DNA of 64,000 nucleotides from Synechococcaceae cyanobacterium (GTDB lineage Bacteria; Cyanobacteriota; Cyanobacteriia; PCC-6307; Cyanobiaceae): NCBI GenBank assembly GCA_046342775.1, contig JBKDOR010000095.1, positions 10,152 to 74,151 of the forward strand, read 5' to 3'. Shown piece by piece: positions 1 to 8,937 of this stretch (position 1 is its first letter; each line of letters starts with the position of its first letter). The notes under the pieces were generated by a model. It saw only the letters and a program-made list of their open reading frames with translations, ran no database searches and was not told where the DNA came from. The position numbers and the translations under genes were made by a program.

Positions 1-241
1 GCAGCGGAACGCGATCGGTGATGTCCACCGCCTCCGTCATCGGCACCCGCCAGCTTTCCTCCCGGGCGACATGGTCGGACAGGCGGGCTGGATCATGCTC
101 CAGCACCGCAATTAATTCCTCCATGAAGGAATCGCTGGCAAAGCGCAAGATGGTCGGAGCAAGATCAGGGCTTTCCGCTCCCCGCCAGAGCGGGCGCGGC
201 GCGGCCCAGGCCAGTGGGTGAGGGGGGGCGTGCGCGATCAC
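1..241 (-). CDS. eCIS-associated hypothetical protein, N-terminal part only (runs off left edge)
   Basis: Manual translation from a GTG overlapping the stop of the spike gene (GTGA): MIAHAPPHPLAWAAPRPLWRGAESPDLAPTILRFASDSFMEELIAVLEHDPARL... The frame is open to position 1. Not in the ORF track. Confidence 0.65.
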   Translation of the reverse strand, partial: MIAHAPPHPLAWAAPRPLWRGAESPDLAPTILRFASDSFMEELIAVLEHDPARLSDHVAREESWRVPMTEAVDITDRVPL

Positions 242-966
242 CAGATATTCCCCGCTCCAGGTGTGTAGCTGGCCGAGATCACGCTGTTGGAAATAACGGT
301 GTCGGCTTGAACAACTCCCGAGAATTTCGACATGCCGGCATCCACCTTGACAATCCCTGAAGACACCGACGTTTGCGGTGCATTGATGGTGAGCTTGGCA
401 GTGGCGGTGATGGTGATGCCGGAAGCTTCAAATTTCATGGTGTTTCCATTTGAATCTGTAATTTCAATACTTCCTGGGCCATCCTTCAATGTAATCGACT
501 GACCACCAGGTGTCTCCAATTTCAACCGCTCCTGGCCATCGCTGTCATCAAGCGTCACTGTGACCCCGCGGCGCGACTTGATGACCTTCAGCTTGTTGAC
601 GCCTCCGGCCAGCGACGCCGGCGGCTTGTCCTGACCGTTCCAAAGGCCACCCAGCACATAGGGACGGCGTGGATCCCCCTGTTCAAAGGCGACCAACACC
701 TCATCACCCACTTCCGGAAGAAACCAGCTGCCCCGCTCCCGCCCGGCAAACAGAGTCGCCATTCGCGCCCAAGCCTCATAGCCTTCGCCGCCCGCGTCAG
801 GGCTCCAGGGCAGCTTGACCTTGACGCGGCCCTGGCCGTCCGGATCATCAAGGGCACTCACTTGAGCGGGGAGAACGCCATACCAACGCCCACCCCAGCC
901 TGAGGCGGTGCGCGCGTCAACCGTCGCGAGGTGACGGTCGTTGGCCAAGGAAGATTCCATCATCAT
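238..966 (-). CDS. Phage baseplate assembly protein V / gp5-like spike (VgrG C-terminal part) of eCIS
   Basis: gp5 OB-fold motifs DDPDGQGRVKVKLPW, WARMAT, FLPEVGDEVLVAFEQGDPRRPYVLGGLWNG, followed by a beta-rich C-terminus. Confidence 0.92.
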   Translation of the reverse strand: MMMESSLANDRHLATVDARTASGWGGRWYGVLPAQVSALDDPDGQGRVKVKLPWSPDAGGEGYEAWARMATLFAGRERGSWFLPEVGDEVLVAFEQGDPRRPYVLGGLWNGQDKPPASLAGGVNKLKVIKSRRGVTVTLDDSDGQERLKLETPGGQSITLKDGPGSIEITDSNGNTMKFEASGITITATAKLTINAPQTSVSSGIVKVDAGMSKFSGVVQADTVISNSVISASYTPGAGNIW

Positions 967-2048
967 CGACGCCCCAGCCCGGGCCGGTCGCAGCGAAAGG
1001 CGCTGCGAGCACCATCCTCCGGGTCGAAGAGATGGCTGACGGCGATGGCCCGATAACGGCCGTCAAACAGGGGCCCGAGACCGGAGAGCTGCAATGCGGC
1101 CCCCACCCGCAGGCGCGGATCGGTTTCACAGAGCCCTTCGCCGGTGACGAAGCTGCGAGCCGCATGGCGGTAGCTCGCCTCGGCCAGCTGCCGCGCCTCC
1201 GCCACGGTGGCAGGGCAACCATGGGCGATGGTGTCGGTGCGGGCGCCGAGCGTGCGGCCAAGGATGTCAGCGCCGGCTTCGTCATTGCCGAGCTCAGCCC
1301 GGATCGCGGCGACGTCGGCACGGTGGCTGATGCCCACGCGTTCCTTCACATCCCAGCCACTGGCGACGATGGCACTGCGTTGATGGGCCAGGTCGGCCAC
1401 CACCTCAAACCGCCGCAGACTGCCGGCCCAGGCCAGAGCCAGAGCCGTGCCGCCGCCGCTGCGCGCCACCACCAGCCGGTCGCCGATCACCCGCACCTCG
1501 GCATCGGCGGCCCTGGCCAGATCGATCAGGAAGGCCAAATCGCTCTGGTTGAGTTGGGCGATGACCGGGGCGGTTTCCCCCTCCACGCCAATGTCCGGGG
1601 TCAGGCCATGGTCGCTGGCGATGCGGCGGGCGATGCGGCCAAGGTTTGCCTGGTCAAACGTCCGGCTGCGGCGCGTCATGCGCAGCGACTGCAGGCGATC
1701 TTCGGCATGCACACGAATTTCGGGGGGGGCCGCCTCGGGATACTCCGCCGCTATGGCACTGATGCGACCGACAAACAGGTTGTCGCTGCCGAGGCTGACC
1801 GTAAGCGCCTTGCCGAAATCAAGCAGACGCCGATCAAAGTATTGAAAGCCAGGGGTTTCGCCACCGCCCCAGTTGCCGAAACACAGCTCGGCATGGGCCA
1901 TGCCATCCAGGCTGTCCGTGAGCGCGTAGCGCAACAGGCTGGCCTCGAGCACGGTCTGACGCTCGCCGTCGATGCTGATCGCCGGCCGCGCCGCCCGGAT
2001 CGGCTGCTGGGCGACCGTGCTGGGCCTGGCGCTGGAAGAAGCGGTCAT
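963..2048 (-). CDS. Phage late control D / gp27-like baseplate hub (Afp8 N-terminal part)
   Basis: RVHAEDRLQSLRMTRRSRTF, QLNQSDLAFL, GEGLCETDPRLRVGAALQLSGLGPLFDGRY; directly upstream of the gp5 gene. Confidence 0.88.
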   Translation of the reverse strand: MTASSSARPSTVAQQPIRAARPAISIDGERQTVLEASLLRYALTDSLDGMAHAELCFGNWGGGETPGFQYFDRRLLDFGKALTVSLGSDNLFVGRISAIAAEYPEAAPPEIRVHAEDRLQSLRMTRRSRTFDQANLGRIARRIASDHGLTPDIGVEGETAPVIAQLNQSDLAFLIDLARAADAEVRVIGDRLVVARSGGGTALALAWAGSLRRFEVVADLAHQRSAIVASGWDVKERVGISHRADVAAIRAELGNDEAGADILGRTLGARTDTIAHGCPATVAEARQLAEASYRHAARSFVTGEGLCETDPRLRVGAALQLSGLGPLFDGRYRAIAVSHLFDPEDGARSAFRCDRPGLGRR

Positions 2049-2200
2049 CAGTGGGCCCTCAGGCGAGCCGCCCGGGCGGCGAGCTGTCGCATCAGGCGCT
2101 GACTGTCCTGCAGACGCGGCCGGGGTGGCGGCGAGGCGGCGGCCGTCTCCGGCTCAGCGGGGGCGGCGGTGGCTTCGAATTGCTGAATGACGACAGGCAT
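2048..2200 (-). CDS. Small (50 aa) eCIS hypothetical protein
   Basis: MPVVIQQFEATAAPAEPETAAASPPPRPRLQDSQRLMRQLAARAARLRAH*. It fills the operon gap exactly: it starts 10 bp after the upstream stop, and its stop overlaps the next ATG (TGATG). Below the ORF-track cutoff. Confidence 0.7.
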   Translation of the reverse strand: MPVVIQQFEATAAPAEPETAAASPPPRPRLQDSQRLMRQLAARAARLRAH

Positions 2201-2209
2201 GGTGGTGCC

Positions 2210-2959
2210 TCAACCAAAGCTCAGGCGGACGGGGGGCACGGGTGGTGTCAGCGGCGGCGGGAGAGCCGCGCCGCCGCCGATGTTGAGGTCGATGAGCGCA
2301 CCGGGATTGAGCCGCAGCGGGTCCTCGATGCCATTGGCAGCGGCGATGCCCTGCCAGTCGGCCCCCTTGCCATTGGCGGCGGCGAGGCCGGCCAGGCTGT
2401 CCCCGGCACGGGCCGGGGTGAAGGGGTGCTGGCCCGGGCGCTGACCCAGACGGCCACTGCCCTCGAAGCTGGCAACAAGAATCTTTTGCTGGCTCACCGT
2501 CAGGCCCACCTGGGCTCGCAAAGGTTTGCCGGCCGGCGAGAAGAATTCCAGCGTTTCCTCCAGCGACTCCACCATGCCGTCGAAGAGGAAGGAGCCCCAG
2601 GAAAAACGCAGGCCCGGCGGCGCCAGCTTGGTCGGGTCACTCGTCGATTTTCTTGGTGTGATGAAATGCACCACATCTGCCGTCAGACGGCGCACGTCGT
2701 CCAGGGGTGCCTCGGTCATCGCTGTTACATCAAACCACAGGGAAATGGCCAGCTTGGTTGTTCCAGCACCCACAAATTGCCGCCCGGCATTGCCAGCAGC
2801 CTGATCCCCTCCCTGGGGCTGAACGATCTGGTTGGCAAAGCTGACCTTCATGGTTTCGGGGTTGAACTGCACAGCCACCTTCTTGCCTCCGGGCAGCTCC
2901 GCGCTGAAGTCCTCCTTCAGCTCAATCAGCCTGGCCTTGGCAAGGGCGGTTTCACTCAT
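2210..2959 (-). CDS. eCIS tube initiator / LysM-containing protein (Afp7-like)
   Basis: VQFNPETMKVSFAN, PPGLRFSWGSFLFDGMVESLEETLEFFSPAGKPLRAQV, and a C-terminal LysM-like segment (AGDSLAGLAA...WQGIAAANGIEDP). Confidence 0.88.
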   Translation of the reverse strand: MSETALAKARLIELKEDFSAELPGGKKVAVQFNPETMKVSFANQIVQPQGGDQAAGNAGRQFVGAGTTKLAISLWFDVTAMTEAPLDDVRRLTADVVHFITPRKSTSDPTKLAPPGLRFSWGSFLFDGMVESLEETLEFFSPAGKPLRAQVGLTVSQQKILVASFEGSGRLGQRPGQHPFTPARAGDSLAGLAAANGKGADWQGIAAANGIEDPLRLNPGALIDLNIGGGAALPPPLTPPVPPVRLSFG

Positions 2960-3420
2960 GGCGACTGCCTCGGCATGGCCAGCTGAAACTTCTCATAGGC
3001 AATCTGGAGTTCCTCTACGGCAATCTGTCCATCCTTGCCGCTGAGTGCGGGCGCCTTGATCTTGATCGGCATACAGCGCTCCACCTGAAAACGGGCCCGT
3101 TCGGTGCTGCCATCAGCTGCCAACAACACGATTTCCGCGTTGGCGCGGAGGGCCGGATCGCGGGCGGAACGTTCGAACCAGCGCCAGAGGCCGAAGTCTT
3201 GGGTCATGCCGCGCTTCAACGTCAGGTTGGCATAACTGATGGTGTTGGCCAGGCGGATGGCGCGATCATTGGCGCCGCCCTCGCGGATGGTTTTCACATC
3301 CATGGTCATTTCCAGGCCGTCGCAATCAGCAAACGCAGCGGAGACCAGCGGCGCACTGTCGCCATCGGGGTAGATCTCCACCGAAAAATTGAAGGCTGTG
3401 AAGGGATAGGGAGTCATCAC
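2956..3420 (-). CDS. Tail tube protein, T4 gp19-like (Afp5-like)
   Basis: YPFTAFNFSVEI, GLEMTMDVKTIREGGAN, NLTLKRGMT, IAVEELQIAYE. Confidence 0.93.
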   Translation of the reverse strand: MMTPYPFTAFNFSVEIYPDGDSAPLVSAAFADCDGLEMTMDVKTIREGGANDRAIRLANTISYANLTLKRGMTQDFGLWRWFERSARDPALRANAEIVLLAADGSTERARFQVERCMPIKIKAPALSGKDGQIAVEELQIAYEKFQLAMPRQSP

Positions 3421-6161
3421 ACGGCCTCACTGACCGCCAGCCCGGCCCCACGCCGGGCCAGACGGATGTTGAGGAAGCGCAACGGTGCCGCGGGGGCCAC
3501 GGCAATGTCGATGGTGAGCAGCGCGTCATCGTCATTGGCCCTGGCTTCGGCAACCCGGAACGATTGCGCTGAGCTGGCCCCGGCAAAGGCGCCACGACGC
3601 TGCAGCTGGTCCAGGAGCTGGGTGAGGCTACGGGTGACCGCCCGCCGCGTCACCGCATTGTCCGGCTCAAAGACATGCACCGCGCCGGTGCGCATCAGGG
3701 CGCGGCGCAGCAGGATCATCAGGCGGCGGGTGCCGATCTGCCGCCATTCAGGGTCCCCCGACAGGGTCATCGCGGCCAGGGCCATCAGTCCCCGGGGGGT
3801 GACCCGGAGGCTGTTGACGCGTGCCTCCTCCAACCGGGCGGCAGCCGCCAGCGACAGCGACGGATCCAGGCCCATGGCTCCCGCCAGGGCCTGATTGGCA
3901 GGGGCCGCCCAGGCGCCATCGCGGCGCGCCCGGGTGGCCATGCTTCCGGCGAGGGCACCATCGGGACAAGTGGCCACTGAGCCGCCTGAGGCCAGCCAGG
4001 GATGGTGGATGGCGCCAAACGACAAGGAGCGGGATTCGGCATCCCCCAGCTGGACCGGCACGCCAAATCCCGGCGCGGTGGTGGCAAGATCCTCGGCGTA
4101 CCGTGCGGCCTCATCAGCACGCCAGCTCTGGGGCAGGGAGAGGAGGGCAAAGCTGTTGCCACTGCCCGCCGCCAGCCGCAGCAGGGCGACATGCAGCCGG
4201 GCCAGACGGCCTTTGTCCGGGCCCGTCACCACGTATTCACTGCGTTGAACTGTGATTCCAATGGCGGCATAGGCGCTGACGTTGCCAGCCGCTTCGGCGC
4301 GAAGCCGGTAGTAGTAGAGGCCTTCGGGCCGACCGGCAACAACCAATTCCGTCGCGCTGCCGCGCCAGATCTCCGCCGCCGCCGCAAAATCAGCCCGAGG
4401 AGATTCCTCCAATGCGTAGGTGAGCTCCGGTTCGACGGAGGTCCAGCGGAGGGTGAAGCTCTCGCCAGAGACCAGAGGTGGATGCGGTGCGGTGAAGGCC
4501 GGAGTGGCGATCACCCTGGTATCGCCATCAAGGAAGCGGCGGGTATCGGGTGCGTTCAAGGGGGCGCCCTCCTCGCCCGCGCAGCCGCCGAGATGATCCC
4601 GCCAGCGCCGTGGCACGGTGCCACCCGGTTGAGGAGGCGCGATCGGCCCCTCGGAGAGCCGGCGCTCCCAGCTCGGTTGGGCGGCATCCGGCAGGGCCAG
4701 GAGACTGGGGGCGTCGTAGGGGTCTTCATCGCTGTTGAGAGCGGCGTGAAATCCGAGCAGGGTTGTTCCCTCCAGATCCCGCAGCGCCTGGGCGCGGGGG
4801 ACGAGCGAAGCGCTGGAAAGGTCAGCCAGATCAGGGTCGAGATGGATCTGGGCGTCGTGGCGCGAAAGGCCATCCCGTGCCAGGGCCGGTCGGGTTGGCG
4901 CCAGGGGTTGATCCGCTGGCCCCCACTCTTGACTCAGGCCGATGGGCAGCCAACCCGCGGCCAACAGGTCCGCCTCAGCTGCCGTGCCCGCGGCAGTGCC
5001 GAAACGGGAACAGATCGCGGCAAGGCCTCCGGCCCTGGCGAGCGCTTCAACGAGGGCGACCCTGACAGGCGCGGGGGCAGCGAACAGCGGGCGTGGACGG
5101 GCGGCGGCATGGGTCGGATCGGCATAGAAGCCGTCGTCGTCCTCAAGGGTGAACAATGACAGCGGCTCGAGGATGCCGCTTCCCAGGCCTGTGCTCAGCG
5201 CACTGCTCGAACCGAGTCGAGCCAGAACGGACAGTTGCAGGCGCTGGACCGTGAAGGGGCGGATGGGCAGGGCGGGCGGCACCACTCTCCAGGCGGGGCC
5301 ACTCAGGCTGAGGCGATCTTGACGGTCCACCCGCAGCCAGATCGTGCCGCCGCCGTTGGGAAGAGGCAACCAACCGCCTGGCGACACCGTCAAAGGTTGG
5401 TCGGCAAGCAGCCTGGCGCTGGGGCCAGGCTGGAATTGGGCTGCCGCGCCCTGCACCGTGAGGTTCAGCGATGGCCCGGTGTCATCGGCCATCGACGTGA
5501 AGGCTCCGGCCCAAACAGCCAGCACATCCCCCCCCTCGCGACGCACCACCCGGGCAAACCGCCGGGTGCCGCCATCAGCATCGGCGATGTCGAGGAGATC
5601 CCCGACCGCGACTCCGTTGCGGTCGGGGAAGCGGAACCCATGGGGCAGGGGGGTGGCCGAGGCGATCGTCAAGGGCAGCCTCTCGGTGCGGACCGCAAGC
5701 GTCATGGCGTCGGCCCAGCTGCCCAGACTGGCCGCCGCCAGCTGGGCTGGTTCAAACACCAGGGACCCCGCCCCGGGCAGGCGGGCCAGCGCACCGCTGA
5801 TGGGAAACCGCGCCGCTTCGGCGCCATCCGGATCGGGGAGGGTTTCGCCCCATCGCACCGCCAGGGCCGGGGTGCGCGCCAGCCGGATCACCTGGCAGCG
5901 GGTGCCACCGTTGGCGAAGAAACCAGCCACAGCAGCAGCCAATTGGGCCCTGATCGTGGTGCCACGCCGCTCATCCCAAGCCAGCGGCAACTCGCCACCA
6001 AATGTATCCAGATAAGCCTGAACGCTATCCATGGTCAGTGCCCTGTGGCAGGGCCCACGGGCAGCGAAGCCGGCAAACAAGGCCACGTCCATGCTGGGCA
6101 GCCCGGGCGGCCTTGAGGGCGCCACGATGTCGAAGGCCAGACCAGGCAGACGGGACGCCAT
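3417..6161 (-). CDS. Large atypical contractile tail sheath protein (914 aa)
   Basis: Sheath N-terminus (DVALFAGFAARGP...FFANGG) and C-terminus (AWAAPAN, DPEWRQIGTRRL, VFEPDN, IAVAPAAPLRFL), with a long central insertion. Confidence 0.85.
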   Translation of the reverse strand: MASRLPGLAFDIVAPSRPPGLPSMDVALFAGFAARGPCHRALTMDSVQAYLDTFGGELPLAWDERRGTTIRAQLAAAVAGFFANGGTRCQVIRLARTPALAVRWGETLPDPDGAEAARFPISGALARLPGAGSLVFEPAQLAAASLGSWADAMTLAVRTERLPLTIASATPLPHGFRFPDRNGVAVGDLLDIADADGGTRRFARVVRREGGDVLAVWAGAFTSMADDTGPSLNLTVQGAAAQFQPGPSARLLADQPLTVSPGGWLPLPNGGGTIWLRVDRQDRLSLSGPAWRVVPPALPIRPFTVQRLQLSVLARLGSSSALSTGLGSGILEPLSLFTLEDDDGFYADPTHAAARPRPLFAAPAPVRVALVEALARAGGLAAICSRFGTAAGTAAEADLLAAGWLPIGLSQEWGPADQPLAPTRPALARDGLSRHDAQIHLDPDLADLSSASLVPRAQALRDLEGTTLLGFHAALNSDEDPYDAPSLLALPDAAQPSWERRLSEGPIAPPQPGGTVPRRWRDHLGGCAGEEGAPLNAPDTRRFLDGDTRVIATPAFTAPHPPLVSGESFTLRWTSVEPELTYALEESPRADFAAAAEIWRGSATELVVAGRPEGLYYYRLRAEAAGNVSAYAAIGITVQRSEYVVTGPDKGRLARLHVALLRLAAGSGNSFALLSLPQSWRADEAARYAEDLATTAPGFGVPVQLGDAESRSLSFGAIHHPWLASGGSVATCPDGALAGSMATRARRDGAWAAPANQALAGAMGLDPSLSLAAAARLEEARVNSLRVTPRGLMALAAMTLSGDPEWRQIGTRRLMILLRRALMRTGAVHVFEPDNAVTRRAVTRSLTQLLDQLQRRGAFAGASSAQSFRVAEARANDDDALLTIDIAVAPAAPLRFLNIRLARRGAGLAVSEAV

Positions 6162-6164
6162 GGC

Positions 6165-6617
6165 TCATTCCATCTCCAGACGCTCGTAGGCGAGCACCAG
6201 TTCCTCCATGGCCACATCGGTGCCCTTGGCATTGAGTGGGCCGGATGTGTGTTTGATGATGCGGGCACGCAGCAGCTTCCAGGTCAGTACCGCCTGGGAA
6301 TGGTCTTCGCTCTGCAATGAAATTGTGACCGTGCGCAGAGCATTGGCATCACCATTGCGGATCTGATGCAGCCATTTGTAGAGATTCAGCGAACCGATGA
6401 CCCCACGCTTCATGGTGACATCGCTGGACTTGTTCATACCGGTGATTTTCATCACCGAATTCTCACGACTGTTGCCAGTACGGTATTCGGCAACAGTCAC
6501 TTCCATACCTATACCGCTGATCTCCTGAAATCCGGCATCAGGTCCTTCGGTGTTGCCATCGCCAAGATCGACAAGAAAGTTGAATTGGACGTAGGGACGT
6601 TCGCGGGTGACAGCCAT
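6165..6617 (-). CDS. Tail tube protein, T4 gp19-like (Afp1-like)
   Basis: RPYVQFNFLVDLG, GFQEISGIGMEVTVAEYRTGN, VTMKRGVIG, VAMEELVLAYE. Confidence 0.95.
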   Translation of the reverse strand: MAVTRERPYVQFNFLVDLGDGNTEGPDAGFQEISGIGMEVTVAEYRTGNSRENSVMKITGMNKSSDVTMKRGVIGSLNLYKWLHQIRNGDANALRTVTISLQSEDHSQAVLTWKLLRARIIKHTSGPLNAKGTDVAMEELVLAYERLEME

Positions 6618-6627
6618 GGGGGGTTCC

Positions 6628-8919
6628 TCAGAGTTTGCGATCGGCCGTCCACTGGCCGATGCGGAAGATGACGAATTCAGCCGGGCGGAGCGGCGCCAGC
6701 CCGATCAGGCACACCAGGCGCCCGTTATCGAGATCGTTCTGCGACATGGTGGACCGATCGCATTTGACAAAATAGGCCTGCTCTGGCCGGTCGCCGAGCA
6801 AGGCTCCATTCTGCCATTCATTCAGCAGGAAATCCTCGATGGTTCGGCGCACATTGGCCCACAAACGTGAACCGTTCGGCTCAAACACGGCCCACTGGGT
6901 TCCCTTCTCGATCGAGCGTTCGACGTAGGCAAAATAGCGGCGGAGGTTCACATACTTCCATTCCGGATCGGAACTGATTGTGCGGGCACCCCACAGCCGC
7001 ATGCCCCGGCCCTCAAAGAAGCGGAAGCAGTTGATGCCCTCGGGGTTCAGCACCTCCTGCTGAGCAGTATTCAGCCGCTTTTCAAAACCAAGAGCGAGCC
7101 CTACCACTTCATTGGCGGGTGCCTTGTAGACAGCGCGCTGGATGTCATTGCGGGCATAAATGCCGGCGACAAAGCCCGAAGGAGGATAATAATTTTCCTG
7201 GCCGGTGTTGGGATCGATGATGCGAACCCAGGGGTAATAGAGAGCGGCATGGCTGGAATCAAACAGGCCGCGATAAGCGCGCACTTCAGCAATGCTATGT
7301 CCCTCGATGCTGTCCAGCACGGCGATGCGGTAACGCATCGCGCGGGCATGGCTGATCAAGGCATTGGCGATCGCCTGGGGTTCGTTGGCACCCATGTTGC
7401 GCCGAGTGGATCCGGGTGCGGCAACGATGGAGATGTCTTCAATGCCTTCGAACTGCCGCAGTCCGGTGGTGCGGTTGTTGGTGAGTTGGGTTCCCGCAAA
7501 TGCAGCGGCGTTTGGAGCTTGCCCGTCGCTGCCATTCTGAAGCAGGAACGTCGCGGTGGTGATGTCAGCTGAAGCTGGATCAGCATCGAGCTGGGCGCGC
7601 GTGAAGCGGTTGGTGGCCTGTGCCGCGGCGATGTAGCCATTCAGGAAGGTCAGCCCATCGATCGTGCCGCCATTGGCGACGGTGGCGGTGTAGGCCGCTG
7701 CGGCCGCTGCCTCTTCGCCTGCGGCAGAATCGCTGGCGGCGACCGCGGCGATGCGCGCCTGTTCGGCTGCGGCAAGGTCAAGTTCCGCCGCCGCCAGTTG
7801 GGCCTCGCGTGCCGTGGCGGTGGCGGCTGCGGCGTTTGCGGTGGCTCTCTTGGCCGGGGCATCAGCGGCGGACGCGGACTCCGCCGCAACCGCGGCCGCT
7901 TCAGCAGTGGTCGCTGCAGTACGGGCGTTGGTGGCGTTGGTCTGGGCTGTGTTGCGCGCCGTGGTGAGGGTGCCGACGCGTGCCGTTGCGGTATTGGCCT
8001 CCGTCAGCAAGGTGGCCGCCCGTGCCTGGGCAGCCGTCCGCGCCGCCAGGGCTTCAGCCACGGTCATCGCGGAGATCACGATCGGGATCGTGCGGGCCCG
8101 GGCTTGCGAAGCAGGCTCAACCGCAAAATGGGCAAACAGAGAATCCTGCGCCCCGCCCTGCTCATGCAGTGGATCGAGAGCTAGATCGGCGGCCACATAG
8201 CTCGGCAGCTCCCGTGACACCTGATCCACCGTGATGGTCACGGTGATTGGCCGCACCTGGACCGTGGCCCGTGCCGCCGCGAGATCCTGCATCACAAACT
8301 CGATCGAGGTGCCAGGCGCCCCATCGGTGGAACCACGGAAGGTCCAGGTGTTGGTGAGCGCGGCGTAGGTGAGCAGGTAGAGACCCGACCGGTCAGCGCC
8401 ACCGACGACAAAGCCCGTGACTCGCACCACATCGCGATGGCGTGCGCCACGCACCCTGGCGACGCCGTCTTCCATGGTGAACCGGTTTTGACCGCGAAGA
8501 AAGCTCAGCCGCACCCGCGCCTCGCCAGCTCGGCCCGGGAAACGAGCTCGCATGGTGACGTTAGCCGGAGGGAGCGGATTGACCACGCTGGCGCAATCAC
8601 GTACGAAATCCGTGGAATCGCTGCCACTAGGGCTGAAGGCACGGGCGACGTAGAGACGTTTGCCACCCTCTTCAAAAAATGCTCGTACAGCGTTCCAAAG
8701 ATGGTTATCCACTGGACCACCACCCCAATCGAGAGGGAGCCTGCCGCCAAAGGTCTGCTCAAACTCGACGACCGAGGTGATCAGCTCCGGTTCCAGATCA
8801 ATCGGTCCATAACGGCTGGCACCAACAAATCCCGTTGTCGTTGTACTGACCCCTTCAATCGATTTGGCACGATAGGAGGTTTCCTCGATGAAGACGCCGG
8901 GAGCAAGATATTCAGGCAT
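6628..8919 (-). CDS. Contractile tail sheath protein (763 aa)
   Basis: MPEYLAPGVFIEE, GFVGASRYGP, AALYYPWV, PPSGFVAGIYARND, KAPANEV, WGARTISSDPEWKYVNLRR, FEPN, PAEFVIFRI. Confidence 0.96.
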   Translation of the reverse strand: MPEYLAPGVFIEETSYRAKSIEGVSTTTTGFVGASRYGPIDLEPELITSVVEFEQTFGGRLPLDWGGGPVDNHLWNAVRAFFEEGGKRLYVARAFSPSGSDSTDFVRDCASVVNPLPPANVTMRARFPGRAGEARVRLSFLRGQNRFTMEDGVARVRGARHRDVVRVTGFVVGGADRSGLYLLTYAALTNTWTFRGSTDGAPGTSIEFVMQDLAAARATVQVRPITVTITVDQVSRELPSYVAADLALDPLHEQGGAQDSLFAHFAVEPASQARARTIPIVISAMTVAEALAARTAAQARAATLLTEANTATARVGTLTTARNTAQTNATNARTAATTAEAAAVAAESASAADAPAKRATANAAAATATAREAQLAAAELDLAAAEQARIAAVAASDSAAGEEAAAAAAYTATVANGGTIDGLTFLNGYIAAAQATNRFTRAQLDADPASADITTATFLLQNGSDGQAPNAAAFAGTQLTNNRTTGLRQFEGIEDISIVAAPGSTRRNMGANEPQAIANALISHARAMRYRIAVLDSIEGHSIAEVRAYRGLFDSSHAALYYPWVRIIDPNTGQENYYPPSGFVAGIYARNDIQRAVYKAPANEVVGLALGFEKRLNTAQQEVLNPEGINCFRFFEGRGMRLWGARTISSDPEWKYVNLRRYFAYVERSIEKGTQWAVFEPNGSRLWANVRRTIEDFLLNEWQNGALLGDRPEQAYFVKCDRSTMSQNDLDNGRLVCLIGLAPLRPAEFVIFRIGQWTADRKL

Positions 8920-8937
8920 GGTTGGGGACCTAGGGAT

